NCBI GenBank assembly: GCA_903813345.2
Contig: CAIIXF020000001.1
Location: 18,352,001 to 18,416,000, forward strand
DNA length: 64,000 nucleotides
DNA from: Owenia fusiformis
Taxonomy: Eukaryota
Reading direction: 5' to 3'
Shown here: in pieces, positions 1 through 15,546 of the stretch
Layout of the letters: the number at the start of each line of letters is the position of its first letter
Position numbering within the stretch: the first letter of the stretch is position 1
Translations under genes and position numbers: made by a program
The notes under the pieces: generated by a model
Told to the model about the DNA's origin: nothing
What the model saw: only the letters and a program-made list of their open reading frames with translations
Database searches by the model: none

Positions 1-1355
1 AATACGGAATCAGGAAGATATTAGGATTCATCGGGTGAACACAATTATTTTGAAATAACTTCATCTGAATTGACAAATCAATTAGACTGTGTGGGCAACA
101 TATTGGAAAACGATAAAGTATTATCCTTCTAGATAGTAATGGGAAAGCTTGTTGCGTCAAACAAATTGAGGATAACAGTTGTAAAGTTCAAATTTCATTT
201 GTATGACTATAATTGGAAATTATAGAACCGTAGATCCTTTGCTTCATACACATTTTCTCATTAAAATAAGTTCAATGTACTTTAATCCCATAACGTTGGG
301 GTCTATCCCAACATCGTTTTTGCATGTGACCTGGACGTTTACAACAACCGTGTCTGTACAGATAACTCGGGATATACATCTAATTGAATGAATGAAGTAA
401 ACCTTAGACACTTGTTTGCCTTTGGGCAAACCTCTCTTTTGAACCAAAACAGAGTCAACAAAATTTCAACATTTCAAATATATTTCTAAACAAAGCGACT
501 ATGACATACGTACAAATCAAATATGAATATGAAATATAATAGTATCCATTCGCACACGATAAAATAGCTTAGTCGTGTAATTAATTTAAAAATGACGTTC
601 CTTTTCATTGTAAGTGTAATTAGACACTTTATGACATTTCTATTTGATTGATTTTTTGACATTTTTTTCAAGGGGTAGCGGTAATCTAAGATCATAGAGG
701 AATTGTTTATTCTTCAAAATGGCCATAACACTTATCTTGATCGTTACATTCAATCACAGTCTCCAGAAATAATTTATCAGTAAAACCAATGGCAACACAT
801 TGCATAATGTCATATACAATTGTTCCCTAGCGTTATGCCTGCGCAAAACTTTGTCGGGACTATTCGATAACTGAATGAAACTGTGTGGCATGCAGAGTGT
901 AATGATAAATACATTATTCAATTCAGTCATGATAATTATGGCCTTTTAATTTTTATGACCTATTAGGGGTTCCTAATGGTTTGTGAGGTCAACGCGCTTT
1001 AAACATTCCCATAGCAATACTAGAATCAAATGGGATGGGGGAAGAAATTTATCAAATGATACAAAAGGATTGGAGAAAGAACCCAGTGAACTCGGCAAAA
1101 ACATATAAATCATGATTTTGTGGATTGGACTAACGACTTCGATGTGGTGCAGCATCATATGCCATAGAATGCCACATCCATACACTTCCCCAGTTTCATC
1201 ATGTTCTTTCTCAAAACTAGACGAACAAAATGGAGAAAACGGTAAGTCTTTTTGTTTTGTTCTGTATAAATTCTGATTGTTTTACAGGTTTTGTTTGTCA
1301 GGGTTCGCTTTCAATTAAGCTAAGCAACGCAAATATATGTTCATTGTTACAATTT

Positions 1356-1383
1356 CTCAAACTATAAAGCTCAAACTATAAAG
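1356..1383. repeat. 14-bp perfect tandem duplication
   Basis: (ctcaaactataaag)2. Confidence 0.85.
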
Positions 1384-4300
1384 ATTACTTATTTTAGGCA
1401 ATTTTCGTCACGATCATTTTACTCTATGGGGAAATAAAGGAATCCAGTTATTTGCCTACCTAATTTGATTGGACATGCTAATGATGTAGGCTGATTTGAA
1501 AATATCTGGAATCCATTAGAATCTACCAGTGGTTCTATACTGTTGAAATCCCATGTTACAGATCGTCTGAAACGTTGTATGTTATACATTTTCCTCCAAG
1601 ATTGCTTTAATGCTAAACATGTGTCATTGCCTCATCAGAAGGTCATATAAAGGTCTAAAGTTTCACAATTCGACTTGATGCTGAACGTTTAAATCTCCCT
1701 CTGTTTGCTGTCTCCAATAGCAACGTATGTAAGTAAGCGATTATCGCAGTGATTCCAAAACGAGGCAATCGTTATCCGCAATATATCTTTTTAGAAACTA
1801 CAAGAAATTGACTTTTCGGTCTTAAATGGCATATAAATGTATTTCTAATGAAATTGGTAAATTATTTGGTGTTCACATCCTAAATATCTAGTCCTTTAAA
1901 TGCTGAAAATATCTCGTCGAATAAAGACAAAATGGCCGACTAAAGATTTGGAGATTTGGGTAATTATTACCCAACAAAAACAGTGTGTACAAAGAGAAGC
2001 ATAGTTCATGATCACATATGGGGGTACGTATACGCATGTATGCCCTGGAGAGGTCAGCCCAATGGTGTCCAGGTTCAGTGGTGTCTACATAGACCTTTCA
2101 TTCCGGTATTTCTCAGTTGTGGTTGGCTTAATAGGTCTGCTGCATAACCAGGCTGACAAGTCATTTTTTATTGATGGAAAAGTTCGGTAAACTTTAAAGC
2201 CTCGATGGTGATCCAGAGATCTCATTGTATTTCATACAATTGATAATTGAAAATAGTTGATCCACATTACTGGGCGCGCGGTGGAGTCGTCTGGATGTAC
2301 ATTTTCTGAAACTTTGACTTTGATGCAGAGTGTTATTGAATGATAGCGGATATTATTTCCCTATGAAGTCTCTAAATATCTTATTTTACGGTTGTGCATG
2401 ACATGGAAATTGCGTGTTGGGACTTTTGTGTTCTGTATCATCAATGAGTTCTAAGGACCGATGATTTATCTATTCGTGTTAATAGTTTTGAACAAAGAAT
2501 AGTTGCATTGAATGGTTCATCGCCCCGTCCTCGGAGACCCAATTGAATTCTTATCTACATTGTCTGTGAAGCAAGGATCGTTCCCTAGGATATTTGATTT
2601 TAAATTAGTGGCTTTGGAGGATAGATTGAAACCCTTTATTTCCAAATAATTGAAATTGATAAAACCGTTTGTGATGAGTCTCACTCTAATACACATTGAA
2701 GGAGTAGTACTTCAAACAAATTATATTTTTAAATGTTGCCATTCGTAATTTCTCATTCAAGAACAACAGATCAACATATCATTGAAATTGTGTATTTCAT
2801 TAAAAAAAGACGAAAACTTGAACTTCATTCAGATTTCGGCATCGCTGATATCTGGTACAAATTGTTTGTCACTATCTGTGTTTGATTTGTCCTTGAAAAT
2901 TACTCCCGTACATAGTATTAATTAATTACGATTGATCTTGAGATATAGTTAAGTAAAAGTTCAAGATGGAGATCATGATCAAACGTCACTTCATCATACA
3001 TATGAACGTGATTAATGTAGTGAAACAAGTTTGTGTATGTAGTTGTGAGAGCATCATGTGTCACCGTACCTTCTTAATTTGTTTTCCCAGTCATCAATCA
3101 ATGTCCATTTAATAGATACCAGTGAAGTTGTACAGGTTTCATATTTCAAATACTTAATCTCGTTACAAAAATATCTTCATCACAACTTTCGATCTTGATG
3201 TTATGTTGGATAAGTCATGTTGATGAGTTATTTCTGGGATATGATTCCGTCTTAAAATATACATATATTGAAATGACGAGGCATTTTCATTTTATTAAGT
3301 CTATATTTTTTTTTATAATTGTTTCCTGTTGCTTTGTCAGGTTTGAACACCTTTTTTAACAATATTTTCCTTGGCTGTGTCCATTTGGACATTAATAGCC
3401 AAATTTTTACATGGTATCAATAGGCAAATAAAACATTATTCCCATGTGTAAAACTCCCAGGAATGTTAGCTCCTATCGGTCTCTGATGGCCATCTCCAGA
3501 TATTTACAGCTAAGCTGTAACAAGGAAAAGTGAATTTTGAGGGGGTAATATTTGGAGCCATACAAAAAAGTAGGTTTGTACACTATGCATATTACCGACT
3601 CTAGAATGATGAACGTATTACATTTGTTAGATGCAGGATATTTTTTATTTTTCAAGATTTTTGGAGGCTGATTAAAGTGTTACTCTTATTTTCAAATAGT
3701 TCACTTCATAGTTCCATCTAGTTTGGCCAATGTTCATCCATGTAAAATATGTTCGACAAGACATGGACAAGACAGAGAATGTTTCAATCATTTTTGTTTA
3801 TTTTCTCCAGTAGAAGTATTTCTTCAAAGAATTTTCCTAAGTGGTTGGATAGAACACACCAGGTGATACTTTTGAGCATTTGACCCAATTCATCTCCCAA
3901 ATTCAGCTACCAATTGTTAAAAGCATACACAGGAAGGCCTGTTGTATATCTACCTTTGAAGTTAGTTTCAATTTTGAAAGATGTGTCAAAGATAATATAT
4001 GGTGTTTAAAAGTTGCTTTTAGGAGTGCCAAGTGTCACATTCAAATGGATATATTCAAGGACTGGTTACTGTTCATGCATATTTTGATTTCACTTTTTGT
4101 GAAAATGATGAACTTATGATGTTGTAATTATCCCGTGACAAAGGCTTGCATCACCAAATAGCCTCATCCATCAAACTTTGGTCGCTAATAACACACATCA
4201 TTCATAACATACAAAGCAATGTGAAATAGAGTAATTAGAAAGTCCTTGTTATGAAGTAGAAAATAATATTGTTCTGACATATTTAATAATGGCAAAAAAG

Positions 4301-4869
4301 AAATAATGACGTTGATGAAATTAGAAGTCTTGGTAAATTACCAGCACAGCACATGTTCATTTTTCTAACTGCTTTGATGAATATTTCGAGCTTGATCCCG
4401 CGACATACAACTTTATCACTAGTACTACCAGAGGACCAAATTTCAAAACTTGAATTATTTTCCAACTTCCCAGGATTGTCATCATTATTAGATTTGAAAC
4501 GTGCAGGATGTTTACTAGTTCTTGTCAAATTGTGGTATATTAACATGCTAGATTCATTGATGGTCGACATACTACTCCATGTCTAATGCTCATTGATAGT
4601 CAAAAGTTTATTTTGTGGTTTTGTTACAATTTGCAATGTTTCTACCACTTCTTAGAATTTTTCTACCACATTTAAATTTACAAGAAATCTTTGATATGAT
4701 ATACTCCCATCTGCCATGTTGTATTAGATATAATGTCAATGGCCATTTCACTACTTTAACTTGTTCAATGGCCATACACGACATTGAAGTGAGATGTGTT
4801 ATTGTTCTGAATATGTTGGATATCAGGCGCATTAATTTCCATATATTTGAAATGACCATTGTCAAAGTT

Positions 4870-4917
4870 TGACCCTTGACCAATCACGTGACCAAGTGAT
4901 TGCAATATTCAAAATGG
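4870..4917. promoter_or_regulatory. Dense promoter-like motif block
   Basis: TGACCC-T-TGACCA (DR1-like), CCAAT, TCACGTGA, ATTGCAAT and CAAAATGG within 48 bp. Confidence 0.35.
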
Positions 4918-7900
4918 TGGTTGATCATTGAATATGAAATGATCATTGAGATTTGCGCACAGAATACCTATGGGAAATCATGAAGTCATGTAGCGTCGAG
5001 TTTTGAATTGTACTGGGGATTCCATGTGAGATAAAATACACGGCCAAAGAAATAGTTGTTGATTTGTTTAAAGGGATACCCATGGGAACCATAATCAGTA
5101 CCTCACTGAACTGCAACTAATAATTCCTAACTACCTCTGACAACTTCTGTGCTGTTGTGTCTTCAAAATGATAAACTGTAAGAATTATACACTTTGCACT
5201 TATTTTGTGTAAACGTAAATTCATCTAGGTACTTACTGTAACCATCATAAATCTTCCCTAAACGTTTATTGGTCATTAGTGTCTTCATAGCATAGTGAAT
5301 GAAACACTACGGTTCCACAAAAAAAGTGCCTTTAGTATTGTTAATAGGCTTCCCAACACGCTTTTACAGCATTTAGAAAGAGTAATGTGCTCTCATCACC
5401 TTAGTGTTTTTTATAAAATTATTTAAGATTTTGGCCTATCATTCTCTGGTAATTTAGTAAAGAGAATGAGGTAATTTTCAGCGAGGTCAAATGTCAGGTT
5501 CTTATTTGGCAAAAAGTTGTAAAGGCAATCTTAAAGTTCGTTCCATAACTTTAAATAATAAATCTCGTTGGGGTACAAATTGTTTCTGCCATAAGAGACT
5601 GCCTAGTGCAAATTCTATATTCATCATACATCTTTTTTTCTATTTGTATATCTTAGAAGATTGGATTTCTTCAAAAGGGACAAGGAATTCATTTATCTTT
5701 CATTATTTCATAAGATTTGATTGGCGCTGGTCTGTCACATGATTAAGCAAGACATCGTTCAAATTGCTTTCTCGTGTAAGATAAACAAATCGCTACATTT
5801 ATCGAAATGGTTTTGCTGTTTGATATCTCATTACTTAGAGAGAAATAAATGAATCTTTACATATAAAATCAAATTTGGAGCCGTCCAATAATTCTCCATC
5901 TTTATCTAGAGGAATGAAAGGTGCGTCTGTTTGTTAGAATCGTCTGCTGTTTCTTGAAGCTTTCTACAATATTTGACACAGGAATAAGCAAATTGGAGTA
6001 AGTTTTAAATTATTTTATAGCTAGTTTATGTTGTTAAGAGTGCGTTGATCTGTAGTCGAAGTATTTATTGTAGAATGAACAAAACGTGGCGCTAGGAATC
6101 GATTCGGTTCTTTTCGCTCATAGCTCGGTCACTCCGTATGTAATATCGATAAATCAAGAGGATTTTAGTTTAGAAAGTGGTGTAAACACAAGTGTATATG
6201 TAAAGGTTTTGTTTAGATAGAATGTCTTACCTATAGTATACTGTACGTGACGAGAGAACTGTTCTTCGTGATGATGCTGCTTTGGGATGACCTACTTTCA
6301 CTTTTCCCGGCTGCCATGTTGGAGTGTTTTAATTATTTAGTTGGATTTTGAATTTTCCTGACTCAATGATGATGTTAAGTTCCAGTATTTCACATGTTTC
6401 TGACTTGATGTGTTACTTATTATCATCGAAAATTGTTTCTACGAATTTTAGCACTTTGAATCAAGCGTTTTTAACGATTCAAACGAATTTTCCTTGGCTT
6501 TCTTTATCCAAATAATTTGAAATTATAAACTGTTAATTTCTCACGGTTAATCCTACTAAAAAGGCACATTCTGTCTACAAAATACAAAAACTGAGCACAT
6601 GTTAAATTTTGAAAAGTATTTTATAAAACACGTGATAAGCTTTGCTTTGAGATTTAGATTTTGGGGTCTGATTTGCATACTTTGTTATTGCCGCATTCAA
6701 AGACCATGTATTGTCTGCAGCATTGTGTGGGTATATTCATAGAAATCGTGGAAAGACAGACTGTTGTTAGATTACCGTTATGCTGTAATTGCCTGTGTCG
6801 GGCATTGTTATGCATAGATAGTTTAAAACCATGCCTTTGTGTAACAATTGTGGTGGGCATATATTAAGTTCAGAATATTCTGGCAATACATGATCTTGGA
6901 TCTGCTTCACAAATTCAGTTACCTCGCTTCTCACAGGTTTAGATACCTCGATCCTGACAAACAGAATAGAGACCTTCGATCGATATTGGGAGACATTTAA
7001 GATGATTTTACTTTTTTAAGTTTGAGAAGCTTGGTATTTTGCAAATGCACTTATTGGTATTTCACTTGGAATACATTTTGGGGTTTTCAGGAGGATATGT
7101 CGGAATTCATATCCTGGTCAAAATGAACTGGGATGTCAAGAAAGAGAAAAACGAATATTTTAAATTCATTTAGATAATATGGGCTTTTATTAATTTTCTA
7201 AATGGTTTAATTTCTGCATTTCCTTTTGGCAAATGTATTCATGGCATTTATGCTCTTGTCATTCGTAAATAAATATCCTCGTTTGATATCGAAGATCAAC
7301 CTAAAGTAACAAATTCCCACATACAATCATATCTTGACTCTTACATTGTATTCTAATTTAAATAAGATTATAGTCTATACTGTATATACAGATTGTACAT
7401 GGAATCATTGTTTGGAAGCGTTTACAGTTTTTTGCATGTCGAACCCGGCAAAAGTGATTATTCATGGTAAAAAATACATGTAACAATAATGATTTATGAC
7501 TCATTAATCATTTTTAAGAGTTATTATTAACCTGAAGAAAAGTGAGCAATTCTAAATCCAACATATACTCCTAATATGGATGATCTTAATAACGTACAAT
7601 TAGTTCAATATGCATTGTATACAATACAGTCAATGTCAAAGTCAATTTGGTTAAAACAATATATCATAATTTGATAACAGTTCATTTTTTACCGTTAATG
7701 TCAATGCGTGATATTCGTGGTCATTGAGCGTTTGAGGTGAGATTGTATTTTCTTTTGATATATCCCTTTGCCTTAGGCTCCCTCTTTTTACTTTCTTCAA
7801 ATCTATTTCCTTTTATCGTTTACAATTCAAAATCAATACAAGTCATTGATCAAAAATATTTATTTATTTACTGTATATCGTCAAAGATACTAAATGCAAT

Positions 7901-8716
7901 AACACCTGAAGTACACATACAGATTTGATATATTGAACTATTCAATAAAACTTTTTAAATCATATATACAATTTGAAAAACAACTAATAAATCAAATAAT
8001 TACAATGTATGAAAACATGCATACGTTTATAAAATACTTTTTAAACACTTTATTCTTGAATACGATTCAAATGATACCAGCCATATAAGAGATCGTCTCT
8101 TTATACCAATGCATCACAATCACCAAATCTCATTAGGGACATAGAAAACTCATTAGCTGTAATACACAATATTACAATCAATAAATCCCATCGTATCAGT
8201 ATGTTGATAAAATAACACTATAGAAAGGATTGAATTTTAAAAGAATACACATATTTTTTATCATCCTTATCACTTTGAAAAGTACCTGTGTTAACAACTA
8301 TGTATATAAAGTCGAATGGTAAAGTTACTTCTCTATCGACCAATAGATGTCTCTAGGATAAGTTCCTCTGTTTACCAATATTAATAACAAAATAACAGTG
8401 AACCTAGAATCATTTTAATCACAAACAACAACAAAGTTACTTTTTCTTTACAAATAAACATATATATGTATGTATTTTGTATCCACCAAGGTTGTACCTG
8501 AATTCTCTAATTGCTCAGATAAACGTATTAGTCATACACATATGTTATGAATTAAAGTTGTGTTAATCAATAATACTGTGTTTTCAGTCTCATAGTGTTA
8601 TTTGCACGAGAAATGTTTCGTGATTTCAAGCCTGTGAGACAATGATAAATATATTTCCATTGTTTTTTCGATTCTTCCTTTATTCCTTGCCTTCACCTGG
8701 GATCAAATGCTTTGCA

Positions 8717-8730
8717 GTTACCATGACAAC
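8717..8730. promoter_or_regulatory. RFX X-box motif
   Basis: GTTACCATGACAAC. Confidence 0.45.
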
Positions 8731-10444
8731 ACCTATTCGCATGTAAATGTACAGGGAACTGATGTCAAAAAGGTCAGTTTGTTTTTATCATGCAAAAAAG
8801 AAACTCTTTGTATACAACTTTTCGTTTTGTTAGCAATATGAATATGAAACCATGAAGAAAAACGCGCTTTGAAAAATGAACTTGTTTATCGTTTCAGAAG
8901 TTATCGCTGAACTACTCACGATGTTTGTCATTTTCAAACTTTATTTAGATGACTTTATAAAAGATTGAATTATTTTGTACTTATGTGTTTTACTTCTGTT
9001 TCGAAAACATCTTTGTTAATTACTTTTTGCCCTGAGAAACCCAGATTTTCTGATGTGATCCTCTGGTTCGTTTTTCTCTCGATTTTTCTGGGATTTACAA
9101 TTCCCTTTCTCATTGTTTATGCAGATTAAATAGTTCTAGCTATGACTTTCTGGACGCTTGAGGATCGGAGAATTTAGTAATGTGTTCTGTCTTTCCAAAG
9201 GAGCTCAAATCCGACCTGTCTAAATTGCAAGATTTGAGTAAATTGAATAAAAATGTCTAAAATGGTTTGCCAATTTACAAGTGACACGGTACATCCATCA
9301 AAACACTCCCCGAACCCTACACCATTCTACTCTCACCCCGTTCGCCTAATGTGATTATACTCCCTGGAATATTTCACGGGCTCGAGAAAATTGAATAACT
9401 CCATTAATAAATAGAAAGTTTTGACAAGTTCTTTTAAAAGTTTCAGCCTTATGAAATTCCCTATTGATCTGTGGTGAACGTGATTGATTTCTTCTTTAAG
9501 AGACTCGGATGGGGCTATCAGTTATTTTCGCACTGTCGTCTGTTCGTTAATATTAGAAATTTAAGAAACCGTCAATTCAAAAAAGACTTTTAGAAATGAA
9601 TCCCTGATATTAAACCCTCTCATATTGATGTATTATTACTCGGTTTGGTGTTTTTGAAATCTTTATATTTAGATATGTGGTATGTTGCATCTTTTTGGTG
9701 TCTGATTAAGGATTATAGATAATCCAGACAAAACAGTAAGCTTTAGCCACAAATGTAGGTTCCCACGAACAAATCTACGAAGAAATGAGGAATCAAAACC
9801 GCATCCTTGAAGATGTCTTACCGCAAGGAAGTGGGTCAAAATCCGCCATATTTTACACGTGTGTGTCCTCTAACTTTCTTTAGAAATTGTAGAAATCATC
9901 GACACTTTCAGATTCTAGCATCATAACAGATAGGTTTTAACATTGTACAATTGCTACGGACCGAACCGTATTTATTGCGTATAAAATCTCAGAAATACAT
10001 TTATTTAAGTCAATATGTTTCATTTAAAAACAATTATTGTCAAAATCCTCAGATTAACCCTCCTAATGATTTCCTGGCCCTTTCGAGAATTCCGTTTCCT
10101 TCCTCACCTCTTGATTTCTCTTTTGATACAAGTATTTAATTAATATTTGCCAGCAAGAAACAATGTCATCATGGATTTTAAGCAATGGCTTGTTTTCTCA
10201 ATTATTCAATTTGCCATTTGCGACTCAACTGCTCAACCCAAAAGACTGACAAAGGTGTGAAACATTTCGTAACTGGGTAAGTTTTAAACTTAAATACCGT
10301 ATTTATTTCAGAATAACAAATGCAGTTATCGTTTTAAAGACAACGAAATATATAATTTGGAAATTCAATTGGAAATATGCTATATCTATTTATCATCGGG
10401 AAATGACTCATGTCGGTATAAGATATTGGTCAGCATAGGGACCA

Positions 10445-10458
10445 GTTTCCATGACAAC
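10445..10458. promoter_or_regulatory. RFX X-box motif
   Basis: GTTTCCATGACAAC. Confidence 0.45.
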
Positions 10459-11870
10459 AGCAATTCCCCGATTCCTGAACTCAATTAAAGATATTAAAGA
10501 AGCGTTTATTAATCAAATGAGATATTCATTTGCCTTGTTTGCTCGAGACCGATATTTACTTATAAGATATTTGAAGAATTCCCACATGATCTGAGAAATT
10601 AGATTCTTCGTTTTATCAATTCCTGGGATCAAATACTATAATATTCTATGTAAATACTGAAAGTCACTTTTAAATGAAAATCAAACCAATATAGAACGTT
10701 TTGACAAATTAAAAGTCTCAATTTATTTGTGTTTTGTATTTCTCTTTCAAGGATTTCAATCTTGAAGATAATTTCAGAATAAAAAGTTTCCAGGTTTGAC
10801 ATTCTACTGTTTTCGTCCCAATTATCTATAAAGAATGATTGAAATTAAGGAACTAGATTATGGAACAAAATATTACTGCTCAAATAGTCCGATTTACCAT
10901 TGATAGAGTATGGATATTAATGTGATATTGTTAGATTAAACTATTGTTTTTGGGTTTTGGTTTAAATATGGCAAAAACGAGTTGACTTCACAACAATCTG
11001 CTGAATAATTGAAAGCTAATTTTGTTTTTTCAAAACGCTATCTAGGAACAAGGAGATATATGACAAGAAAACAATAGGTTAAAAATTATCACAGTGATTG
11101 TTTTTGCGAAGCGAAATATCATAGTTTTATGTTATCTCAACTTGATTGTTTAGGCATTTCATGGAAATTAAAAACGATCGCAATTTCCAGCTAGTCATTT
11201 TCAAGTTCATTTTCACAGATGTAATTTAAATTAACGTTCTTTAGTAAAAGGCGTTTAATTGCTAAAGTACAAGTAGATCCTTCATCATGCGTAGTCAACG
11301 TTTTAATCAACATTAAAATTTTGTTTCCAAATATGCACAGATCATAGAGATTACTCCGCTATGCTCACATATTGATCACACCATATTAAAGTAACTAAAA
11401 AAGCAAAAGCTCGAATCGTTTGACGGTGCGCAATATCTAAATGGGGTGTATAGTTGACATGGCTGTATATAGTAAACAATTCATAATGCACATATTCGGG
11501 AATATAAAAAGTAACCCTTGTAACATCTTGAATGGACTTATGGTCATAACTATTTATTTTTTACACTTAAGTTCTACTTTAAATATGGCTTAGCTGGTCA
11601 AGGACGTATAGTTCTAGTCGATTTGAGTTTTGCCTTCCTTCGATTGTGTAGCAAAAATGAAATGATTCTATCCTTTACCACGTCCATACCTATCTACGAA
11701 AAATATCATTCAGAAAAAACATCAAATTGGGGAAATTTAGCCACAAAATGTGATCGTATCTCAAAGCAAATTCAAGATGTAATCGGTAGATTAGAATACA
11801 ACTATTACAAAATGATGCTTCATAGTGTTACACGAGAGACTCATCGCGTACTAGATCTAAGTTATAACAT

Positions 11871-11895
11871 GTAGTGTAGTGTAGTGTAGTGTAGT
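11871..11895. repeat. (GTAGT)5 microsatellite
   Basis: gtagtgtagtgtagtgtagtgtagt. Confidence 0.9.
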
Positions 11896-12042
11896 TATCC
11901 CAAAAAATAAAACAATTTGTTTTTTTATTTTGTTTAATATAGGCAAGTTTTAATGTTTGAATTCATAACTCCAGTGAGCACTGTAAATCTTTACACTTAA
12001 AATTACATTCATCATCACAGTTGCTTGTACAAAACATAAATG

Positions 12043-12056
12043 GTTTCCATGGGAAC
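12043..12056. promoter_or_regulatory. RFX X-box motif
   Basis: GTTTCCATGGGAAC. Confidence 0.4.
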
Positions 12057-15000
12057 CATACACTAGTAACTATGTGCCGTTTGACACAAATATGCGATAT
12101 GCTACTAGTGTTGGAGTAATCAATCATTCTCATATTACTTGAAGTTAAACTTATTTTTCGTCCAAATAAGATGTTTACTTGATCCTTTCATTTTATTTAC
12201 ACAATTGATCATTTCATGAGAACCTTGTTCATTTAGTAATATCTCAATTCTCAATAACCGTCCTGTATTTTTGAGAGTTTGAATCTAGCATTTTTAAAAA
12301 AAGCATTTAAAATATTGGACATTTCTTCATAAGGTTGAATCAGGTCTATCAAGATTGCACTGATGGAAGAGACAAAAGATTTTTCAATTTCAGAATATTT
12401 TGGGCTCATATCATTCCTTGTCATGGATATTTTCTAAAAATCCACAAAGTATAGACTTAATTCGTGGAAAACTAAAGATTTTTGCTATGATGCATTCATT
12501 TTCGGAAACAAATGGTTACCATATTTATTATTTGGGGGATTTCAATCATTTTTCCTCATTTCTGCACTTTGACACTTAAACAACTTCAATTTTAATGTAA
12601 CAAATCGTGTATCTTTCGGGAGGTATTATATTTGAGATTGAATTGAATACATTGACAGGTCAATTGTATACCTTGCTTGCAATTTTGTCACTCCCTCTAG
12701 ATCTAATTCTGTCTAGATTTCTGACATTGAGAGAACTGTTTTCTTTAGTATGCATTTTAAGGATGTGTAGTCTTTGTATGTTGTATTATTGTTTGGGATG
12801 TTGGTGATTTGCTCCGTAATGCCCGTTTGTTGTCTTATAATGCATATCATAGAAAAATGCGGATTGACAAAGTGGATGTGTTTGTTCGTTGCATTGGGTG
12901 TTACACCTTTGGCCTGCTACTTCATGAATGTCAAAGTCATAAGTGAAGATTTCCAAAATATTGCAATATGCAAGTGGGATATAAGTTTCTATATTTTAAA
13001 AAAAAGAAATTTTCCTTGTGTTTAATGACGGAATATATAAGGAACACCATCGCCCCTTCACAATGTGTCCCATCTAGTTTGGACTGATGGAGTATTACTT
13101 AAAAGCTCAATTTACCAATTTATTCACTCTGCGTATGTCAGAATGATACTTGAAACAGATGCAAATGTTCAGCATTTTCGTGGAGTACTTTTCAAACTTC
13201 AACCCTCGATGTTATGGTAAAGGCATTATTAGTTCCAGACAGATGCCTGTGTTTACAAAACCTGCCAACTTTATCTGATGTGTTTTACTTTAACAGGATG
13301 AGGGTTATAATTTTGCCCCCAGGAAACAGTGATTTATTCAAAAAGGTAAAGCCTTGACAAACATGTGTATATGATTTTGAAACAGCACTGTTTGTTTTGC
13401 CAGTATGTAGTAGCCTTCGTTGGTTGTTTGATCTCCTTCAACAAGGCACGTGCCCAAATTACGTCCATGGTTGTCGAATGTCTAATGATCCGTGACGATT
13501 CAACCATACTGACCCAAGCCCATGGTGACATCTGGCGGATGGAGCTTCAGTGAACTGGTCGTGAATTTGAACGTGCAAGTTTTAAAATATTCAGCCCTTT
13601 CATAAAACTGCCATTGTGTGGTGTTCCAAAATATTCAGTGGTCTAATTTGAAAAATGACTAGTTGACGTCTAAAGAATGAAATTTAGTTTGCTTCAATTA
13701 AAACGAAAACCGCATTTCATGATTGTGATTTTCATAAAACCACAGTAGCTCGTAAGTTCTTTGGAATCAAGACATGTGCAAAGCATGAGATAATGGTTTT
13801 ACGTTCGTCATCATTTCTGATTTGAACAAACGTATGAATTGTCATGTTCAGATCGTGAACTTCTTTTTTAGCTTCCGTTGTATGATATGCAACGTTTTCG
13901 CAAATTGAAACGTATGTATGTAAATATTGACACTTTATTTTATTGATATTATGTTCTTACTGTAGGTTCATTTATTTACCAATGCTGGGTGTTGTTGTTT
14001 TAACCAGTAACGGATGAGTGCGCACTTGAAATAATATTTGCTCCTGAACAATTTAATGTGAAATACCTTGACGAATGTGATATATTTCCCATAAATAAAT
14101 ATTATATTAAATATTACTTCACGGTGTTATGGTAATCTAGTTTATTGAACTGTGTTATTATTCTAATTTTAATTCACCCTTCTTGCTTTCTGATAACATT
14201 GAAATGTAAAACTGTAAAATGATACTTTTGTAAAAACAAATGGGCATTGTTCAGCAGATGTATATTCTATTTAAGTTTATCCTCAAAACAGTAAACCAAC
14301 GCGGTACATATATTGCAATTGTATGATGGACATCTCATTTACAATGTAGAGCATGGTCTGGCTTCGTTATGTTACGGCTACTATAATACAAGGCATTTTG
14401 CTTGACCAAGATGACAGAAATTGAAGCCCCTTATTGAATACTATAACTAGTGATGCAACAAATGGTATGTGAACTATACAAAAAAAGCACTAAATAGATT
14501 TGCAAAATTGTAAAATCGGATTAAACTCTTGATATTGTCTATGAAACTAGAAATGACAATACTTGTTTTGAGATTGTATTGATTAATTCGGTATTGCATT
14601 TATCAAATTGGACGATTTTGTTTAGCATCATAGTTTTGATTTATTCCCTAAACTATCATATATGGAAGTATTAAATATGTTTTAAGATGAAATACCAGAA
14701 AATACGACAATGGAAAGAAAAAGCCTATGCAAATCATCGAATTGCACAAAACGAAAACAAACCCCAACATCTAAAACTATGATCTTACATAAAGACCAAA
14801 TAAGATATTTTTGAATTATTTTTTTTACAACTGCTCAAATTATTTGTGATTGTGAAATTTATGATTTATACGCATACACGTGTTGTTCAGTGTTTGTTTT
14901 GCGTATTTTGGCTTGATCCGTTTTCCATCGCATATTTACCATTACCTTCTGCTTTGGAGATTTGGTCCAGGAGCAGTGCACAATATATAAAACGATGTGA

Positions 15001-15076
15001 AACCCAAACTATTTTGTGATTAAATAAGGAATTTAAGAGGTGGATCAAAGGATATACATTCCCCTCGCGTATTAAT

Positions 15077-15090
15077 GTTGTCATGGTAAC
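15077..15090. promoter_or_regulatory. RFX X-box motif
   Basis: GTTGTCATGGTAAC. Confidence 0.45.
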
Positions 15091-15532
15091 GAATATTTGA
15101 TGAATTACCCGTTCTGTCTTAAAGGTTTCAGATTCTGGCAGTTTGACTTTGAAGTAAGAATTATAGAATGTTCGTTTCGTGTTTCTGTTTGCGCCTGTTG
15201 TCCTGTCTTTTGGAAATGTTACTGTTCCTCTACGTCAACCAGTCTTATGCGAAAATCATGACTGAACGTCATTCCTTTAAAAATCTTAAACGATTATCAC
15301 GATGATGGTAGATGCTTTGATTCATTATACTTTACGTAAACGTAAACTAGCAGATAAAGTGAAGAAATCGTGTCATTTATATCATATTTGCCCCGTATAT
15401 ACATTTACCTTAACAAATCTTTACTGTCAACAATTATGATTGCTCACTATGATTAGTTTTTTCTGCAGACAGGCGCTGAGCTTAATTCAATTTATTATTG
15501 CAGCATACTCTACATCTCTGTTCCTTTTATCC

Positions 15533-15546
15533 GTTGCCATGGTAAC
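15533..15546. promoter_or_regulatory. RFX X-box motif
   Basis: GTTGCCATGGTAAC (near-perfect consensus). Confidence 0.5.
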
